Part shown: one piece after another, positions 57,301-64,000 of the stretch
Layout: the number at the start of each line of letters is the position of its first letter
Numbering within the stretch: position 1 is the first letter of the stretch
DNA from: the human T2T-CHM13v2.0 reference genome, Homo sapiens
Assembly (NCBI RefSeq): GCF_009914755.1
Contig: NC_060936.1
Direction: 5' to 3' (one strand)
DNA length: 64,000 nucleotides
Notes under the pieces: model-generated
Told to the model about the DNA's origin: nothing
Databases searched by the model: none
The model's input: only the letters and a program-made list of their open reading frames with translations
Program-made: the position numbers and the translations under genes

Positions 57301-58985
57301 ACCTCTGCCCCACTGAGTTAGGAGGCTTCATCCTCCCTGGGCCTGTTTTCCTGTCCATAAAATGGAGATAGTCACAGGTCTCTCTACCGGGATTAACCAA
57401 AATAAAGCAGCTGAAATCCTAGCGACAGGACCAACCCAGAGCAAGGATTCATGAGGTCAGCGCCCAGACCAGCCAACGGCATGAGGGCTTGCCTCGCCTG
57501 GGCCTGCAGCCCCAGGCTGCCCAAAGCACTGATGCCAGCCCTGCCCCAGTGTCCTCCGCAGATTCTCACTGGCAGCTGCCAAGACATGCAGGCCACAGAG
57601 CCCTCGCTCACAGGGCTCATCAACGGTCACCACACAGCACCACACCCGGGCGACCCCGGGACTGGGAGCTCCCAGGGATTCCGGGCATCACGGGCCACAG
57701 CACAAATGTGCTCAGCATAGGGTGAACCCAGTGACAAGCCCTCCGCCTTGGCTCCAGCCCCAGGAGCTGCTCGCCCAGCACACCTGTCCCTCTCCAGCAG
57801 CCCTGCTCTCCCCCATACTCCCAGCCATCCATGGGGGCGCTGCACCCCACACTTCCCACCCTCGGGAGATGCCGAGGGGCCCGGGGGCGGGGGCAGCCAG
57901 CCTGGGGAGTGCCGGGCTTTCATGCTGTGGGAAGGAAGGGGGCCGCTGGCTGGGACTTCCTCATTCGCCTTCCTGAGGTCACTTCCAGAGGAGCTGCTCG
58001 AGAGAGCCAAGGAGGTGCCCGTGGAGCCAGACAGCCGCCCCTCACTCTGCACAGGCCACTGTGTGGAGCACAGGCTTGGCCGCTGGGAGGGACCCCTCCA
58101 GGGCGCCCTCTGTCAAATGGGATGACAGCAGCACCAAGCACACAGAGCTGCCAGACACCACACCCCGGCACGCACGTTGACGCCTGCAGCAGAGCACCTG
58201 GCACCCTCCACATGGAAGCCAATCCCAGAGGCAGGCCCTCCAGGAAACGAGCGCAGAGAGCTTCGGCAACTTGCCTAAGGACACACAGCCCAACAGCTCC
58301 AAATCGGCCCCTTCAGACCCTGCTCTTTCCTAAAACCTGCTCCACTAACAACCCAATAACCAGGAGCCGCTCTGAAGGACACTGCCCATCTGCGCAGGAG
58401 CCCAGCTTCCCCCCGGCCTGCAGCTCAGCCACAAAGGTGGGCAACCGGTGGGCGGCCGGATTTCCCAGGAACAGCTTTAAGGGTAGGGAAGGGCCTGCTG
58501 ACATGCACCGTGTTCGTCTCTAGACAGCGTCACTTCCAAGGCATCAGTGCAGGTGACGGGAGCCTGCACAGGCCAACTCCAGCTGCCATAACTGACACCT
58601 ACCAAGAGGAATTGTCAGCGACTAAGTCCTGGGTGGGCAAGGCACTTCGAAACCCCCTAGCGAGGCAAATGCTATTCTGCTCTCTCTGTAAGGTGACGGC
58701 ACAGTGGGCCGGAGGGTCGGCTGACTCTCCAAGGAGATAGAACATGGCCACTGTCCGGCCAGACTCCAGCCAGGGTGCTCAGCGACTCCCCCACAGCACC
58801 CCCCTCACATCTTCAGGACCAGGAAGGGTGCAGCCAAACGCCACCTACTACAGCCAACAACAGGCTCACTTCCCGACAGCCTCAGGGACCCACCAGTGAC
58901 ATTTCCACCATGACCAGGCACCGGTCGCTCAACTGTGTCCACAGGTCAGTGGCGCGGGTTGGGTGGGAGTGGGCGTGTGGACTCA

Positions 58986-59270
<285 letters not shown>

Positions 59271-59804
59271 TCACAAGGCCCCTCCACACACAAGTGAAGG
59301 AGGGAGACAGGATGCAAGCAAACAAACAAAGAGGACAATTTCCGAGAGTGAAAAGTGACACATAGGAAATAACACGGGATGGGACTGGCGGGAGTGGGAC
59401 AGGCTCCTTTAGAGTGGCTAGATGGGGACACACCAGCTATGTCTGAGAATGGTAGACCTACGGGCACTCTGGGTTTTTCTTTTCTATTCAAGTCAAAAAA
59501 AATTTAGGGCCCTCAAAATTCACTTCCAAACACACAAATAGGTCATGAGCTGCAGTCTGAAAGCCACTGCTCCAGGCAGGGGAGACAGTAGCAAAAACAG
59601 CCGTGAGTGGGGGCGGTCACATGAGGTCAAGCCTGCCGCCCAAGGCAGGCAGAAAGTGGCGAGGCCAGATCTTGGACCTGTGTGCCACTTCCAAGAACGT
59701 GGACTTTCTCTCGTGTGTGCTGGGGAGGCACCAAAGGGTTTTAATCAGTGGCATGAGCTGCTGCATTTTAAATAGCTCTCTTGCAGCATCTGTGGGAAAA
59801 ATGG

Positions 59805-60094
59805 ATTTTTTTTGGTGGGGGGGGGACAGCGTCTCATTCTGTCTCCCAGGCTGGAGTGAAGTGGGATTGCACCCTTGACCTTCCCCCAGGGTCTGATAAT
59901 CCTCCCACCTCAGCCTCCTGAGTAGCTGGGATTACAGGCACGCGCCACCACGCCCGGCTAATTTTTGTGTTTTTAGTACAGACGGGGTTTCACCATGTTG
60001 CCCAGGCTGGTCTCAAACTCCTGACCTCAAGTGATCCGCCTGCCTCAGCCTCCCAAAGTGCTGGGATTACAGGCACAAGCCACCGTGCCCGGCC
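59805..60094 (-). mobile_element. Alu on - strand
   Basis: Alu reverse-complement consensus. Confidence 0.9.
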
Positions 60095-60621
60095 TGAAAG
60101 ATGGATTTGAGGAGAATTTCTAGCCGGTGTAATTGCCCAGTCCAGCTTTCCAAAGCCTGACACTAGGAAGAGCACAGCTTCTCACTCCATTTGGGGCTTA
60201 TGCTATAACAGTGCAGGAGACACCACACACACACACAATTATGTGAAATGTGGCAAGGGCGTAGGAAAGGTCAAATTCCAAGGTGGGGTGGGGAACAAGG
60301 CAGGCTTCAGGGAGGACGTCACATCTGGGCCTAGCTTGAAAGAACAGGTAAGACTTCAAAGGTTGAGATTAGGTAGGGGAACGACATCCCACTCAAAAGC
60401 AAATAGCTGAGGATGATACGCAACCAGAACACATTCAGAAAAGCGGCCAGCACCCGGGGTCTTCCAGCCAGGGGAACGCCAAGGAGTGCAGCCCACTGCC
60501 TAGCACAGTTAGGCTCCCCAGAAACAGCTGGTGGCTAACGAACCAAGCAAGCCAAAGAACAAAAGAATGACCAGGGGGTAGGAGGAAGCCAGAAAGGCGA
60601 ACTGAAAACAGACTACGAGCG

Positions 60622-61149
<528 letters not shown>

Positions 61150-61744
61150 TAAACTCTGTGCAGGTGAGAGGGGCCACTGAGGTTTTTAAACAGAGAAAAG
61201 ACCCTACCAGACACACACATGAGCGGTTCAGGGTGGGTAGGGGTTGCCGTAATGCTTCCAGGTAGAACCAACAGTAAACTGAGATGCTGGTCGTAGAAAT
61301 GGAAAGGTGGGAAGAGATTGCAACAACAAGCCCTCCAAGCACTGAACACAGATTGGGATGGGGAGGGAGGAGGCCATTAAGGAGGAAGAGGAACATTTTT
61401 TAGCATAATTAGAGGCTGTTAATCAGCTATCATTCTTAAACAGAAGGTTAACAGCCAGTCGCAACAAATAGCTGGTATTTATTGAGCAATTACTTAGTCC
61501 CAGGCACTGCAACCTGCACTATCTCAGGTCATCCTATAACAACCCCATGGGGAAAGGACCATTATGATTTCTACTTTACACATGAACTGAGGCTTCTATT
61601 TTACAAATGAACTGGCTAAGGTCACACAGAGCAGCCATCTCTTTCTAACACCACACCACTAGTGAGATTGCAGGGACAGTGTCAAGGAAACAAAGGGGGC
61701 AAAACCCACTTCTCCACCAAGAGACATCAGCTATGGAATCACTT

Positions 61745-63130
<1,386 letters not shown>

Positions 63131-63575
63131 TCAGTGCACCATGTGGTGCCTTCAAGCACAGAAAGCCCACCGCACTCAGATGAACCACAAAGGCCTGCAT
63201 GTGGAGCGCAGAAAGAAATCAGAAAGACACACGCTGACCACAGGCTGCCAGGGAGGCATAGGGGGCAGGAGCAGGGACTGTGTCCCGGGTGGCACCATAG
63301 ACGCTGTTATGGGAACCTTCCTGTTTGGACCATGGGTGGGAAAATGATGGGCCAGCCAAAGGGTTTTCGTGAGCAGGTGCATTAGACAGACCACAGAGGC
63401 TTCTGACAGAAGCGCCACAAGGTCCTAAGCCCCACTCCATCTTCTTCCCTCCTCTGGCAACCAGAATGAGACAGTTCCCAACATCAGGCAGAGGCAACTC
63501 TGTTTGGTGCCAGGGAGGGGATGTCAACAAACAAACAAAAACGACACCCCAGCAGCACTGCAGGGGAGGACTCAC

Positions 63576-63626
63576 CTGAGAAAGTGTTGTCTGCAAAACG
63601 CAACAGTAAACTGCTCTTGCCCACAC
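63576..63626 (-). CDS. RAB35: RAB35 exon 2 (51 nt): (G)VGKSSLLLRFADNTFS(G)
   Basis: P-loop remainder GVGKSS; ctctcttgcag| acceptor, CAG|gtgagt donor; phase 1-1. Confidence 0.98.
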
Positions 63627-64000
63627 CTGCAAGAGAGAAAGCACTGCGATGAGGGGGGCAGGTGGGTCCCCTCCCCGCAGCCCCAGCCCTTCTTCCGGGA
63701 GAGGATGCCTCAGTCCCAACTCTTAAGAAGCTCGGTGGGACCCAGCTCACTTCTCAATGCTCTTTCCACCTCCCTGAGCGGCCACACACCAAGAACATCT
63801 CTTCCACTCGATCCCTGACCTTTTCCTTCGTCCTTGTGTAAGACAAGCTGCTCCCAAATCCCCTGGGGGAGAGATGAGAAAGGGACTGGTGCCCAGGCCC
63901 TAGGCTGAGGGCTGGCCCAAAGGGAGATGCCAGACGACAAAGCAGAATGAAGGTCAACCACACGAAACGGCCCCCAAGTGCGTCTACAACATGGTCCCTA

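Noticed and set aside
54718-58740. Many overlapping 100-230 aa ORFs on both strands in RAB35 intron 3
   Set aside because: GC-rich intron with few stop codons; no domain similarity or consistent splice structure

Overview
Human (primate) genomic DNA, which I recognise as the BICDL1 (CCDC64/BICDR-1) - RAB35 locus (chr12q24, from memory). The + strand carries eight coding exons of BICDL1, a BicD-related dynein adaptor (16875-48322; the first exons lie left of the window), followed by a 3' UTR ending near AATAAA at 49635. The - strand carries coding exons 2-6 of RAB35 (63626 down to 52406; exon 1 lies right of the window) and a ~2.1 kb 3' UTR ending near 50260. The two genes are tail-to-tail, about 600 bp apart. 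All exon boundaries were checked for GT-AG and frame continuity. The introns are rich in Alu, L1, L2, MIR and MER repeats. They also contain a 5'-inverted young L1PA, a U13 snoRNA retrocopy with TSDs, an ARL2BP processed-pseudogene fragment, a ~300-bp non-Alu direct repeat bracketing one exon, and an intronic CpG-island promoter candidate with an RFX X-box. The most interesting signals concern how BICDL1 isoforms could be built: (1) a 144-nt cassette exon with a ~245-nt AG-free zone and a distant branch point; (2) three candidate alternative C-termini in the last intron, including a 109-nt exon ending the protein in an uncharged hydrophobic tail (possible tail-anchored adaptor or poison exon); (3) an internal promoter upstream of the Rab-binding exon. 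RAB35 has a TAATG stop/start overlap opening a 276-codon 3'-UTR ORF. These regulatory ideas are inferences from motifs and need transcript or ribosome data. Most long ORFs in the supplied track are Alu or GC-content artefacts. Repeat coordinates are approximate.
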